Shown piece after piece: positions 8,827-17,249 of a stretch of 57,071 nt of DNA. Below the pieces are notes generated by a model, which was given only the letters and a program-made list of their open reading frames with translations, searched no databases and had not been told where the DNA came from. The DNA is from an uncultured Ardenticatenales bacterium (lineage in GTDB: Bacteria; Chloroflexota; Anaerolineae; Ardenticatenales; Ardenticatenaceae): NCBI GenBank assembly GCA_966690745.1, contig CBKYSX010000001.1, positions 1-57,071 on the forward strand, given 5' to 3'. Numbering within the stretch: position 1 is the first letter of the stretch; each line of letters starts with the position of its first letter. The translations under genes were made by a program, and so were the position numbers.

Positions 8827-9525
8827 TTAAGAGAACAACCACTGCCGCAAATCGGTGAGGGTGCCTTTGCCATCCGGCTCAACATCGGCATCTTCAATTG
8901 CATAATCTGTTACCCAAAAGGTTCGCATTCCCGCTTGCGCCGCACCCAAAATGTCGTTCGATAAATGGTTGCCCGCCATTACACATGCTTCAGGGGCTAT
9001 CCCAAGCTGGTCTGCAATTTCGGCATAGTAGCTGGCGTGGGGTTTGGTGCTGTGCATATTTTCGTAAGAGGTAATCAAATCAAAATCGGCGGGGTTTAAT
9101 CCTGCCCATGTCATCCGATGACGATTGGCAACTTCGGGGAAAATCGGGTTGGTGGCAACCACCACTTTCCATCCTGCGGTTTGCGCCGCTTGCACCAATT
9201 CGGTTGCGCCTTCCATCGGATGCGTATCGGCATCTAAGGTCGGGAATATTTCATCGTAAAAACGATTAAGAATCACCATCATTTCGTCGCGGGGAATCGG
9301 CATGTGGGGGTCAAAGTGATTCCAAAAAACGGTTTCGTTGGTATGGGTGGGATCATTGTCCCGAATCACTTTTTGCGTGGCGTATTGTAAGGCTTTCAGA
9401 AATGGTTCCCGTTCAATTACATCGGATACGGCGTGGCTCAATGCACCGAAATAACGGGGCAGAAAATCACCCATACTGTTGTGAAGCAGGGTATCATCAA
9501 GGTCGAGAAGGAGTGCTCGGGGCAT
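8827..9525 (-). CDS. HAD superfamily hydrolase
   Basis: Motif I LLLDLDDTLL, motif II VVATN, motif III/IV K...GNHLSNDILGA. Confidence 0.8.
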   Translation of the reverse strand: MPRALLLDLDDTLLHNSMGDFLPRYFGALSHAVSDVIEREPFLKALQYATQKVIRDNDPTHTNETVFWNHFDPHMPIPRDEMMVILNRFYDEIFPTLDADTHPMEGATELVQAAQTAGWKVVVATNPIFPEVANRHRMTWAGLNPADFDLITSYENMHSTKPHASYYAEIADQLGIAPEACVMAGNHLSNDILGAAQAGMRTFWVTDYAIEDADVEPDGKGTLTDLRQWLFS

Positions 9526-9609
9526 GGCTATTTACCTTTCTATGGGTACAGGGGGCGCGGAAAGCAGAAACAACAATGGTTTACGACGTATGGTGGAGAA
9601 CAACAAAAT

Positions 9610-9999
9610 CTATTTGCGGCTGGACCGGAGAAAGGCAAGCGCAGGGCGCACGGCAAAGAACCAGAGCAGAATCAATAACAAAAGAAACAACCCCGGAATC
9701 ACGAGATTGATTTCACTGATTTCCAACGAGGGAAGCTCCACCAGAAAATCAATCAAATTGTCTTCTAATCCCAGCACCCATAACGCCCAAAACCCCGCCA
9801 ATGCCAACCCACCCAACAACAGCAGTCGTACCATCAAATTCCCGATAAAATGCAAAAGCCGCCCCAACAGATTGCGCCTCCGCAAATCTAAAATGGCGGG
9901 CCACAGAAATAAGCGTAGCACCACCAGCACCACTACATATAACAATACCACCGCAAAAAACGGTTGTAATTCTTCTATGTCGCGTACCGGTAATTCCAT
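9610..9999 (-). CDS. Hypothetical small membrane protein
   Basis: ATG start and 3-4 strongly hydrophobic segments, on the same strand as its neighbours. No recognisable motif. Confidence 0.45.
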   Translation of the reverse strand: MELPVRDIEELQPFFAVVLLYVVVLVVLRLFLWPAILDLRRRNLLGRLLHFIGNLMVRLLLLGGLALAGFWALWVLGLEDNLIDFLVELPSLEISEINLVIPGLFLLLLILLWFFAVRPALAFLRSSRK

Positions 10000-10048
10000 A
10001 GGGTGCCTCGCTGAGATTCAGGATGGCATTGATTATAAACGGTAGAAG

Positions 10049-10138
10049 CCGGAAAGCAGAAAGCAGGATGCAGAAAGGACAACGGCGTACAGAAACCACA
10101 AAGAACACAGAGATTCACAAAGGTCACAAAGAACGACG
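10049..10138. repeat. Intergenic repeat family C (cacaaagaac word repeat), copy 1
   Basis: Its reverse complement (cgttctttgtgacc..tctgtgttctttgtggtt..ccgttgtc..ctttctg) aligns with 33188-33249. Confidence 0.65.
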
Positions 10139-10169
10139 AAATTATGTTTGCCCCATACAAATTTATATT

Positions 10170-10210
10170 TGTCGTTCACTTATCACTGACCACTTATCAC
10201 TGTCGTTTCT
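10170..10210. repeat. Intergenic repeat family D (cacttatcac word repeat), copy 1
   Basis: tgtcgttcacttatcact is identical to 44262-44279. The related words continue after that. Confidence 0.6.
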
Positions 10211-10224
10211 GCGTCCCGTCATCG

Positions 10225-12405
10225 CTATTCCCGCACGCGATCCCGCAAGAGCCGCCGCAGAAGTTGCCCCTGTGCGTTGCGCGGCAGATTTTCCACAAAG
10301 ATTACCTCATCAGGCAATTTGTACTCCCCCAACCGTCCCCGCAGGCTCGCAATAATGGCGCGGGCAGTCATCGGTTCTGCCTCTTTTTGGTCGTGCAATA
10401 CCACATACGCCACCGGGCGTTGTCCCCGCATTTCATCAGGCAACCCGATCACCGCCACATCTTTCACTCGGGGATATTCCATAATAGCCGCTTCCACCTC
10501 GGTGGGGTCAATCCGGTAGCTCCGCGTTTTAATCAAATCATCGCTCCGCGCCACAAACCAAAAGTAGCCGTCGCTATCCATATAGGCAAAATCACCGGGC
10601 ACGTTCCACCCGTTGCGAACGGCGCGGCGTTGGGCATCGGGGTTGTTCCAATAGAGCGTTCCTGTGGGTCCGCGCACACAAAGATAGCCGATTTCGCCCG
10701 GAGCCAACTCGTTCCCATGGTCGTTTAACACCTTTACCTGAAAGCCCGGAATCGCCCGCCCCAACGAACCGGGACGCGGTTTCATTTCTACGGCGTTGGA
10801 GGTAAACGCATAGAGATTTTCAGTCGTACCAAACCCCTCAAATAAGGGTTGGTCAAACCGTTTTAACCATTGGTTATAGGTGTCAGTGGTCAAGGGTTCG
10901 CCCCCGGTAGCGCAGAGCCGGATGCTGGCAATATCCAATTCGGTCAGGTCGGGGTCTGCCAGCAATTGGCGGTAGGCGTTGGGGGGGGCAAACAATACCG
11001 TGACCCGATGGCGGCGAACCGTATTTACCAATTCCAGCCCGTGCTCTGCCAAGGGGTTGTCGTGCAGAGCCACACTTGCCCCGAAATGGAAGGGCATTAA
11101 GCCAAAGACCACAAACGCCTGCGCGAAGCCGAGCGGTACCAACGCGCTGATAATATCCTCTTCATTGATACGCCATACCTGTCTTCCAAAACAATCCAAA
11201 ATGGCGAGTAGGCTATCTAACCGATGTGCCGTGCCACGCGGATGTCCGCCAAGGGCAGAGGTATAGAGCAATAGCCCGATTTCGCGCCGATTCCGCTTGA
11301 CCAATGGAGCGTTGGGTTCGCCCCGCGCCACCAGTTTGGCATAACTGTAGAGTTGTTCGTCGGGGCGGTGGTCGCTCATCCCATGCACAATAATGGGACC
11401 CATCCGCCCATCCGTCGTAGCGCGAACCTCCAACACTGCATCCAACAAATCAATGGTGGTAATGGCGGCGGTGGCTCCGCTTTCCTGCGCGATAAAGGTT
11501 AATTCATGTAGCGACCATTGGGGGGGGGTAGGCATACTGACCGCGCCCAACCGTTGCACCGCAAAGTTAGCCGCCACCGCCTGCGCAATGTTGGGCAAGT
11601 GCATCCAGACCAATTGCCCTTCCTGAATCCCCAATGTGTTTAAGCTGTTCGCCAGCCGCAACACTTCATTCTGAAGCAAATCGTAGCTAACGATTTCATT
11701 ATGATAATAAATCGCAGGGCGACGGCTCCACCCCCGTTTGAGATTGTCATCCAGCAACAATTCTGCCAGATTCACCTCTTCTGGAATCGTCGTGAGCGAT
11801 TCATCAAAAATCAGGTCGGGCCACAAACGGCGCGGCGGCAAATGGTCGGCATGGGTTACAGTCAGTGCGTCTATACCGGGGCGCGGACCAAGGTTGTAGC
11901 GCATCACTACCAATTGATAGACTTGTAGGATTGCTTCCCGTTCAAAGCCGCGCCGCTCAAAGGCGGTAATCATGCCCACGCTGTCCATTGTTAATTCGGC
12001 GGTGAGTTGTTCTACCCCCAAATCCCGTGCCAATTCAATTACATCATCAATCAATTGCCCCCCCAGCCCTTTTTCGCGCCAATCGTGGCGCACAAACATC
12101 CGAAATTGAGCGACATGGGCAAACGGTGTACCGGGGCTACGATGGAGGCTATACATTCCTACGAGATTGCCATTGATATCTACTACCATCGGCAACTGCC
12201 GTTGGGGTTCCACCTGCTCCGCCCACCGGCGCAGAGTCGCGGGGTTGGTTACATCATCGCGCAGAACGCGCAGATCTTCATCGGTGACATCTTTAAATAA
12301 ATGAATCAGCCCTTCGGCATCGGTGGCGGCAAGCGGGCGAATCTGAACAATGGTTCCATCATTCAGCGTGATGGGGCGCGGGTAACGGTCAAGCGGCGTG
12401 TTCAT
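10225..12405 (-). CDS. GNAT N-acetyltransferase domain fused to an AMP-dependent synthetase/ligase (ANL) domain
   Basis: N-terminal GNAT motif A (VRHDWREKGLGGQLI). The C-terminal ANL fold has motifs FEGFGTTE, PGDFAYMDSDGYFWFVARSDDLIKT and YKLPDEVIFVENLPRNAQGQLLRR. Start set at ATG 12405 (MNTPLDRYP); the 57 upstream codons of the ORF look non-coding. Confidence 0.8.
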   Translation of the reverse strand: MNTPLDRYPRPITLNDGTIVQIRPLAATDAEGLIHLFKDVTDEDLRVLRDDVTNPATLRRWAEQVEPQRQLPMVVDINGNLVGMYSLHRSPGTPFAHVAQFRMFVRHDWREKGLGGQLIDDVIELARDLGVEQLTAELTMDSVGMITAFERRGFEREAILQVYQLVVMRYNLGPRPGIDALTVTHADHLPPRRLWPDLIFDESLTTIPEEVNLAELLLDDNLKRGWSRRPAIYYHNEIVSYDLLQNEVLRLANSLNTLGIQEGQLVWMHLPNIAQAVAANFAVQRLGAVSMPTPPQWSLHELTFIAQESGATAAITTIDLLDAVLEVRATTDGRMGPIIVHGMSDHRPDEQLYSYAKLVARGEPNAPLVKRNRREIGLLLYTSALGGHPRGTAHRLDSLLAILDCFGRQVWRINEEDIISALVPLGFAQAFVVFGLMPFHFGASVALHDNPLAEHGLELVNTVRRHRVTVLFAPPNAYRQLLADPDLTELDIASIRLCATGGEPLTTDTYNQWLKRFDQPLFEGFGTTENLYAFTSNAVEMKPRPGSLGRAIPGFQVKVLNDHGNELAPGEIGYLCVRGPTGTLYWNNPDAQRRAVRNGWNVPGDFAYMDSDGYFWFVARSDDLIKTRSYRIDPTEVEAAIMEYPRVKDVAVIGLPDEMRGQRPVAYVVLHDQKEAEPMTARAIIASLRGRLGEYKLPDEVIFVENLPRNAQGQLLRRLLRDRVRE

Positions 12406-12689
12406 AAAGAAGAGAGGAGAAAGGAGAGTGGAGAGATTATTACAACAAAACCTCCGCTCTGTTATTAAAAAAGGTATGGGAGCCGTGACGCGCCCATACC
12501 GTAGGGATGGTGGCAGTATACCCCCGCCTACCCAAAATCGCAACGTTTTCGGGGTGAAATGAGGCGCACGATTCACTCCCTGGTCGAAAATAGGCTCACA
12601 CTTTTTATACTAGCACCCTTTAACATGCCTAAGATACTATTCTAACCCCGGTAAGAACATTAGACTTTTCCCATTCTGGAGCAACATCC

Positions 12690-12718
12690 TTGACTTTGAA
12701 GAAGCCAATCACTATAGT
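12690..12718 (+). promoter_or_regulatory. Sigma70-type promoter (TTGACT - 17 nt - TATAGT)
   Basis: -35 at 12690-12695 and -10 at 12713-12718, about 70 nt upstream of the small ORF at 12787. Confidence 0.5.
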
Positions 12719-12726
12719 GACCGACT

Positions 12727-12751
12727 GAAAGGGACGAACCTCGTCCCTTTC
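12727..12751 (+). promoter_or_regulatory. 5'-proximal perfect stem-loop in the leader of the small ORF
   Basis: gaaagggacga acc tcgtccctttc: an 11-bp perfect stem with a 3-nt loop and no U-run. It begins a few nt after the predicted TSS. Confidence 0.5.
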
Positions 12752-12786
12752 GTGCTGTCTATACCTACGCTGGATATCATTTCATC

Positions 12787-13008
12787 ATGGCTAAGTCCTT
12801 GTGTAAGCTTCGCAAACACCTTCTGGAAGATAAGTTCGAACGATATGTCGAACTTGTTTCTTGCCCCCAATTTATCTGTACCAAATGTGGCAGAGCCGCA
12901 AACGAAGGTCGTAATTTGTGTAAGCCGCGCCCTATCGGCAATGCTACTGAAAAGAAGAAAAAACTCCTCAAAAAAGCAGTACGCCTCCCCATTTCCAATC
13001 CCGGCTAA
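12787..13008 (+). CDS. Small Cys-rich, Lys-rich protein (putative zinc-ribbon/knuckle), unknown function
   Basis: 73 aa with an ATG start. Motif SCPQFICTKCGRAANEGRNLCKP (C-x4-C-x2-C-x10-C) followed by a KKKKLLKK tail. Preceded by its own promoter. Confidence 0.5.
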   Translation: MAKSLCKLRKHLLEDKFERYVELVSCPQFICTKCGRAANEGRNLCKPRPIGNATEKKKKLLKKAVRLPISNPG

Positions 13009-13032
13009 GCGATTTTTTCAGGGTTTTTCTAT

Positions 13033-13124
13033 TAGGAGTAGAAGTTACGTAGTTGAGGGTAAAAATTATTCCCACCGGGAATAATTTTTACCCTCTTTTC
13101 TCGCTTGAGGTGCGTAACTTCTAT
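13033..13124. repeat. Intergenic nested-palindrome repeat family A, copy 2
   Basis: tagaagttacgtagttgaggg-taaaaattattccc..gggaataattttta-ccctc..cttgaggtgcgtaacttcta. Matches the reverse complement of 3066-3150. A right-end fragment, gaagtgcataacttctat, occurs at 39229-39247. Confidence 0.7.
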
Positions 13125-13221
13125 AAGAAAGAAACTGAACGTGGTTAGGGGATTGGTTGGGCAAGTATTGTCTGATGAATGACCATTGCACAGAAGCGGA
13201 CTGTCTGTCGAGGATACCGAT

Positions 13222-13316
13222 AATTGGGTTAGAACTTTCGCTTGCAGATGGATTTTGAGAGTGAGGCGCACTCTCAAAATCCACTTCTTCTCACTTTCGG
13301 AGCGAAAGTTCTATTG
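13222..13316. repeat. Intergenic palindromic repeat family B, copy 1
   Basis: Arms gaactttcgct / agcgaaagttc enclose a second hairpin, gattttgagagtg aggcg cactctcaaaatc. A shorter copy lies at 29994-30049. Confidence 0.65.
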
Positions 13317-13451
13317 GTATTGAATTTGTTAGTTTCTTAGAGAAAGGGGTTATTTTAGTGTTGGACAAGTTAGGGGCAGGAAATGGCGGGGTGGAGTAGG
13401 CGAACGGCGGTTTATGAAAAAATTGTCATGCAAATTGGCGGGGTTTACCCC

Positions 13452-13480
13452 TTGATTTTTTAGCACAACTGTTCTATAAT
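13452..13480 (+). promoter_or_regulatory. Sigma70-type promoter (TTGATT - 17 nt - TATAAT)
   Basis: -35 at 13452-13457 and -10 at 13475-13480, about 90 nt upstream of the large hydrolase gene. Confidence 0.55.
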
Positions 13481-13570
13481 GTCAGGTACGGAATTTGTCC
13501 CCACTAACAATTGTAAGGGCATCCTGGGTCGTCGTCAAGTCACCCGGATTCCCCTGCCGGGTTGGAACTT

Positions 13571-16500
13571 ATGTCTCTCGCTTCCTCTTCCGCCTACCGC
13601 AAAACCAAATACTCGGCGTTAGATACGGCGCGTGAAGTCAAAGATAGTATAGCGCGGGTCCACGACAAACTCGCTAAGTTCGTCGTATTTGTTCGCACCG
13701 ACCATCTTACGCTTGCTACTGTACACGGATATTGGCAACAAGAACGACGCGCCACGCTGAAAATCGGCACCATCAGCCGCGAATTGGGGATGGATGTGGG
13801 GGATGTACTAAACACGGTGCGGGCATTACTGGATGCGACCGCCGAGTTGCCTCTGCCCGATTTTTGCGCCAATGAAGCCCCCGACCTCTTCGCGGCGATT
13901 GACAGCATTGCGCCGGATGATGTGTTGGTGGGAGATGGGCGCAATGCCGCCGAACGGTTCCAATATGCGGTAGAACTTCGCACCGCCTTGTTGAATCATA
14001 CGTTGGCAGTGTTGAGCCAACGCTATCCCTCGTCACCTTTTACCTCGCTCCAACTGGCGACGGAATGGACCCATGCCTTCACCTTATTATTGCAAGAGGT
14101 GGAGGAAATTATCATTCAGACCCAACAATTGATTTGCGACGAAGCCACCGCCGCTCAAAGTTATCTGGATAAGTTCCGCAATGATTTGGAATTTTTGGAT
14201 ATGCAGGCGCGGGGCGCGGCATTGTTGGTGCGAGGGGATTGGCAACGATTGCTGGAGAACACCGAACGGCAGATTCTGGATGTGCTGGAAAGCCGTCACA
14301 GCCGCCTTGCTACCCTCACTTTTAGCGAATTGCGCCGCCCTCGCGAAACGGGGTGGTTGGAAGTGATCGCGCAAGCAACGATGAAACGCGCCCCGGCATT
14401 GGGGGTGTTATTGCTGACATTGGCAGGAGGCGCAACCCTATTAGTGCCCACCCTGCAAAATCGTACCCCTGCACCTGCGCTTCCTGCTCCTGTGGCGGAC
14501 AATAGCGGCACCTTTCCGGTGCTTGCCCGCCACACATTCGAGGTTGCCGAGGCAACGTTAAGTACGATTCAAGATGAGGTTCACGCCTTTTTTAATGCGA
14601 TGCCCCGTCCGCGTGGGCGCGTTTCGATTACGATTCCCGATGCGGGCACCTTCGGGCGCGTGATTGAGGAGTTAAGTCATTTCGGATATGCGCGAACGGA
14701 AATCTTGAATCTCTTTGGCTTAACTTCCACTGACAGCATGAGTGCCCCGATGATGCTGGATGTACGGTGGAGTCAGGGCGGACGACCCTTGTTGCTACCG
14801 CCTTATAGTGCAGGTAGTAACGCCTTTATTCCTGCCACACCGGAAAATACAGTTTCCCTTTCGGCATTGACAGGAACGTTCGGACTACGGGCGCAAGCGG
14901 CAATTGCGGCAAGTTTTGAGACGGCACCACAAGCCGCGGTTGTAACCGAAAGACTACCTTCCGCCGCGCCAACGGTTGCCGATAGCAAAAGTGCCGTGCG
15001 CTTTGTCGGGGAGTCGAAGCCGATTTCTTCGATGGTCGTGCATTATGTGCAGGGCGGGGAATCGCTTGCCGGTATTGCGGAACAGTACGGGACAACGGCG
15101 GATGCAATTATCGGTGACAACCAATTGACCACCGCCTTACAATACGGGCAAATGTTGCTGGTACGGGTGACGGGGAATGTGGTTACGGCTTCCTCCGCGC
15201 CACCACCCGCTTTAGTCGGGGCGGAAGGCGTACAAAGTAGTGGCAGTTTCCCGGCGGTTGCCGCACCCGTGGCTCCGACCTCGAATTACGATGAATTGGT
15301 GAACCGCTACGGCTCCACACTTTACCCATCGGTAGAGGCAATGCCCGAGGAGCTTCGCGCCTACTACAGCGACACCGTACAACAAGTCGCCGACTTCTTT
15401 AATGTGCGTCCGGGCGATATTCTGGGGATTTTGCAAGCCGAAAATAATAATGCGGGATTGCGCCTTCATCAACCTGCCGTCAGTAGTGCCGGGGCGATGG
15501 GTGTCGGGCAAATTATCGCGCAAACGTGGAACGGCTGGCGCAATCCTTATAGTGCCAGTCATCAAAACGATATGCGTGAGATTGTACAATACGGTGGGCT
15601 TGGCTTCGATTGGTCGGCGCGGGATGTATGGCGTGCCTATCAGGATGGAAGCGTTGGCTTGGACGCACTTGCCGATACCCATGCCGACCCGATGTCTTTT
15701 GAGGACAGCATCGCGGGGGTCGCCCGTCACTTTGCCGATTACGGGATTACCCGCGATTTAGCGGAGCGTGACCCCGCCGCCTTCCAGGAACGGTTGGCAA
15801 ACGCGATTTCGATTTACAATTCGGGGCAACCCCTCGCCGTTGCCGCCGATTACACGCAATCCGCCGCCAACCAAAAGACCACCAACGAGTATGTACAGGG
15901 AGCTATGGCAGTCGCAAATTCCACCCCCATCAGCCTGAGCGTGGGGGGTGGGGATATGAAAGTGATTGCCGCGCCGATGGCTTCTTCGCCCCTGCGGGAT
16001 GCTTACACCCGTTTGATGGATCAATATCTGGGCACGAAACCGACCCCGCAAGAATTGACCGAACGGGTAGACCATTCCCCCCTTGCAAGTGATGTTGCCA
16101 ACGGGAAAATCACGGCGGAGCAAGCCGCCCATGAGGTGTGGAATCAGACGGTGCAAGCCTATATGGCGCAGGGACGTGCCGCCTTTGAGGCAGGACAACC
16201 GGTTCCGTGGCCCCATATTCACAATGACGAATCATTGGTCGTACAACAAATCGCGGTACAGTTTTTGGGGCATCCGTTAAGTGGGCAGGAAGTGCGCGAT
16301 TTGCTCAACGCCCACGGTGGCAACCAAAACGCGGTGACACAGGCGATTGCGACCCGCGATGATGCCCGTCTGTTTGCCGGGGCGAGGCTCCGCTTTGACC
16401 GCCTTCTGCAACGGAGCGAGCGCGGATTGCCGATTTATAATTATGAAATCGCCGCCCATTTGCAACCACTGCTGGCGGGCTACCCGACACAGGGATTAGC

Positions 16501-17047
16501 CGAGGCAACCCTGCAAACCTTGCTGACACAATTTGAGAATGTGGTACGCCACCAACCCGAATACCGCCAGTTGCATGGGGTGACGGCGTTTAGTGCCAAT
16601 CCCTATCTGAATATGCCCCGATTGACGCGGGCGTTCGGCGTGGAGGTGGATTATCAGGCGGGCGGAACCCATACAGGGATTGACCTTGCCGCGCCAATGG
16701 ACCCGCAAAGCGGGGAGCCAACGATTCATGCCGTGGAAGCCGGAACCGTCACCTATGTCGGTCCGTTGTATTGCGATGCTGATAATGCCTGTCGCGGCGA
16801 ACATGCCGTGGTGATTGACCACGGCAACGATGTTTACACGATCTATAGCCACAACAGCCACGCCAATGTCCAAACCGGGCAAAGGGTGAGTGCGGGGCAA
16901 GCGATTGCCCGACAGGGGAACGAGGGGTACAGTTTCGGTTCCCACCTCCATTTTGAAGTCCACACCGGTGTACCCTTTAGCGGGGATTGGACCGAGCCGT
17001 TCCGGGGCGGGCAATTTGAAGACCCGATGAAGTGGTTGCCGAATTAA
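13571..17047 (+). CDS. Multidomain membrane-anchored peptidoglycan hydrolase (LysM + lytic transglycosylase SLT + M23 metallopeptidase)
   Basis: - TM segment APALGVLLLTLAGGATLLVP at about aa 275.
- LysM (HYVQGGESLAGIAEQYGTTADAIIGDN...LLV) at about 15037-15165.
- SLT motif (ILQAENN...SSAGAMGVGQI) from about 15418.
- M23 motifs (HTGIDLAAP ... GSHLHFEVH) at 16660-17047.
- A TTG at 13562 is an alternative start. Confidence 0.85.
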   Translation: MSLASSSAYRKTKYSALDTAREVKDSIARVHDKLAKFVVFVRTDHLTLATVHGYWQQERRATLKIGTISRELGMDVGDVLNTVRALLDATAELPLPDFCANEAPDLFAAIDSIAPDDVLVGDGRNAAERFQYAVELRTALLNHTLAVLSQRYPSSPFTSLQLATEWTHAFTLLLQEVEEIIIQTQQLICDEATAAQSYLDKFRNDLEFLDMQARGAALLVRGDWQRLLENTERQILDVLESRHSRLATLTFSELRRPRETGWLEVIAQATMKRAPALGVLLLTLAGGATLLVPTLQNRTPAPALPAPVADNSGTFPVLARHTFEVAEATLSTIQDEVHAFFNAMPRPRGRVSITIPDAGTFGRVIEELSHFGYARTEILNLFGLTSTDSMSAPMMLDVRWSQGGRPLLLPPYSAGSNAFIPATPENTVSLSALTGTFGLRAQAAIAASFETAPQAAVVTERLPSAAPTVADSKSAVRFVGESKPISSMVVHYVQGGESLAGIAEQYGTTADAIIGDNQLTTALQYGQMLLVRVTGNVVTASSAPPPALVGAEGVQSSGSFPAVAAPVAPTSNYDELVNRYGSTLYPSVEAMPEELRAYYSDTVQQVADFFNVRPGDILGILQAENNNAGLRLHQPAVSSAGAMGVGQIIAQTWNGWRNPYSASHQNDMREIVQYGGLGFDWSARDVWRAYQDGSVGLDALADTHADPMSFEDSIAGVARHFADYGITRDLAERDPAAFQERLANAISIYNSGQPLAVAADYTQSAANQKTTNEYVQGAMAVANSTPISLSVGGGDMKVIAAPMASSPLRDAYTRLMDQYLGTKPTPQELTERVDHSPLASDVANGKITAEQAAHEVWNQTVQAYMAQGRAAFEAGQPVPWPHIHNDESLVVQQIAVQFLGHPLSGQEVRDLLNAHGGNQNAVTQAIATRDDARLFAGARLRFDRLLQRSERGLPIYNYEIAAHLQPLLAGYPTQGLAEATLQTLLTQFENVVRHQPEYRQLHGVTAFSANPYLNMPRLTRAFGVEVDYQAGGTHTGIDLAAPMDPQSGEPTIHAVEAGTVTYVGPLYCDADNACRGEHAVVIDHGNDVYTIYSHNSHANVQTGQRVSAGQAIARQGNEGYSFGSHLHFEVHTGVPFSGDWTEPFRGGQFEDPMKWLPN

Positions 17048-17059
17048 AAGAGGCAAAAT

Positions 17060-17090
17060 AAAAAGCGGCGCAATCGCGTCGCTTTTTATT
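17060..17090 (+). terminator. Intrinsic terminator
   Basis: aaaaagcggcg caatcg cgtcgcttttt followed by att. Confidence 0.7.
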
Positions 17091-17249
17091 TGGTTCAAAT
17101 TTACCCAAATTCTCCTCTATATCATATCCCAAACCCATGCTATACTTAGGGCAGGGATGCCGACGGGCGGCTTTGCGCGTGAGCCACCCCCACCAGCGCG
17201 TATTCCATTTCACCCAAAGGAACGTGTGAAATTCCCCTGAGAACGTCGG

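Noticed and set aside
9524-10045. + strand 173-aa ORF rich in Asn/Lys/Arg/Ser
   Set aside because: Low-complexity translation opposite a much more protein-like hydrophobic ORF (9610-9999, minus strand). It runs into the family C repeat, and no start context is present.
12406-12576. 57-codon N-terminal extension of the GNAT-ANL ORF; likewise the extensions of pnp (29166-29303), rpsO (29699-29785), M42 (37541-37591), DUF5946 (38648-38776) and MshC-like (52788-52850)
   Set aside because: The extensions have non-protein-like composition and overlap leader hairpins or terminators. The internal ATGs align with the expected family N-termini and often have a GGAG-type RBS.
17147-17161. Exact 15-mer atgctatacttaggg shared with 26261-26275, considered as a possible conserved regulatory motif
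   Set aside because: A few 15-mer coincidences are expected by chance in about 57 kb on two strands. Both instances look like ordinary extended -10 elements (TGCTATACT). No extended flanking similarity.
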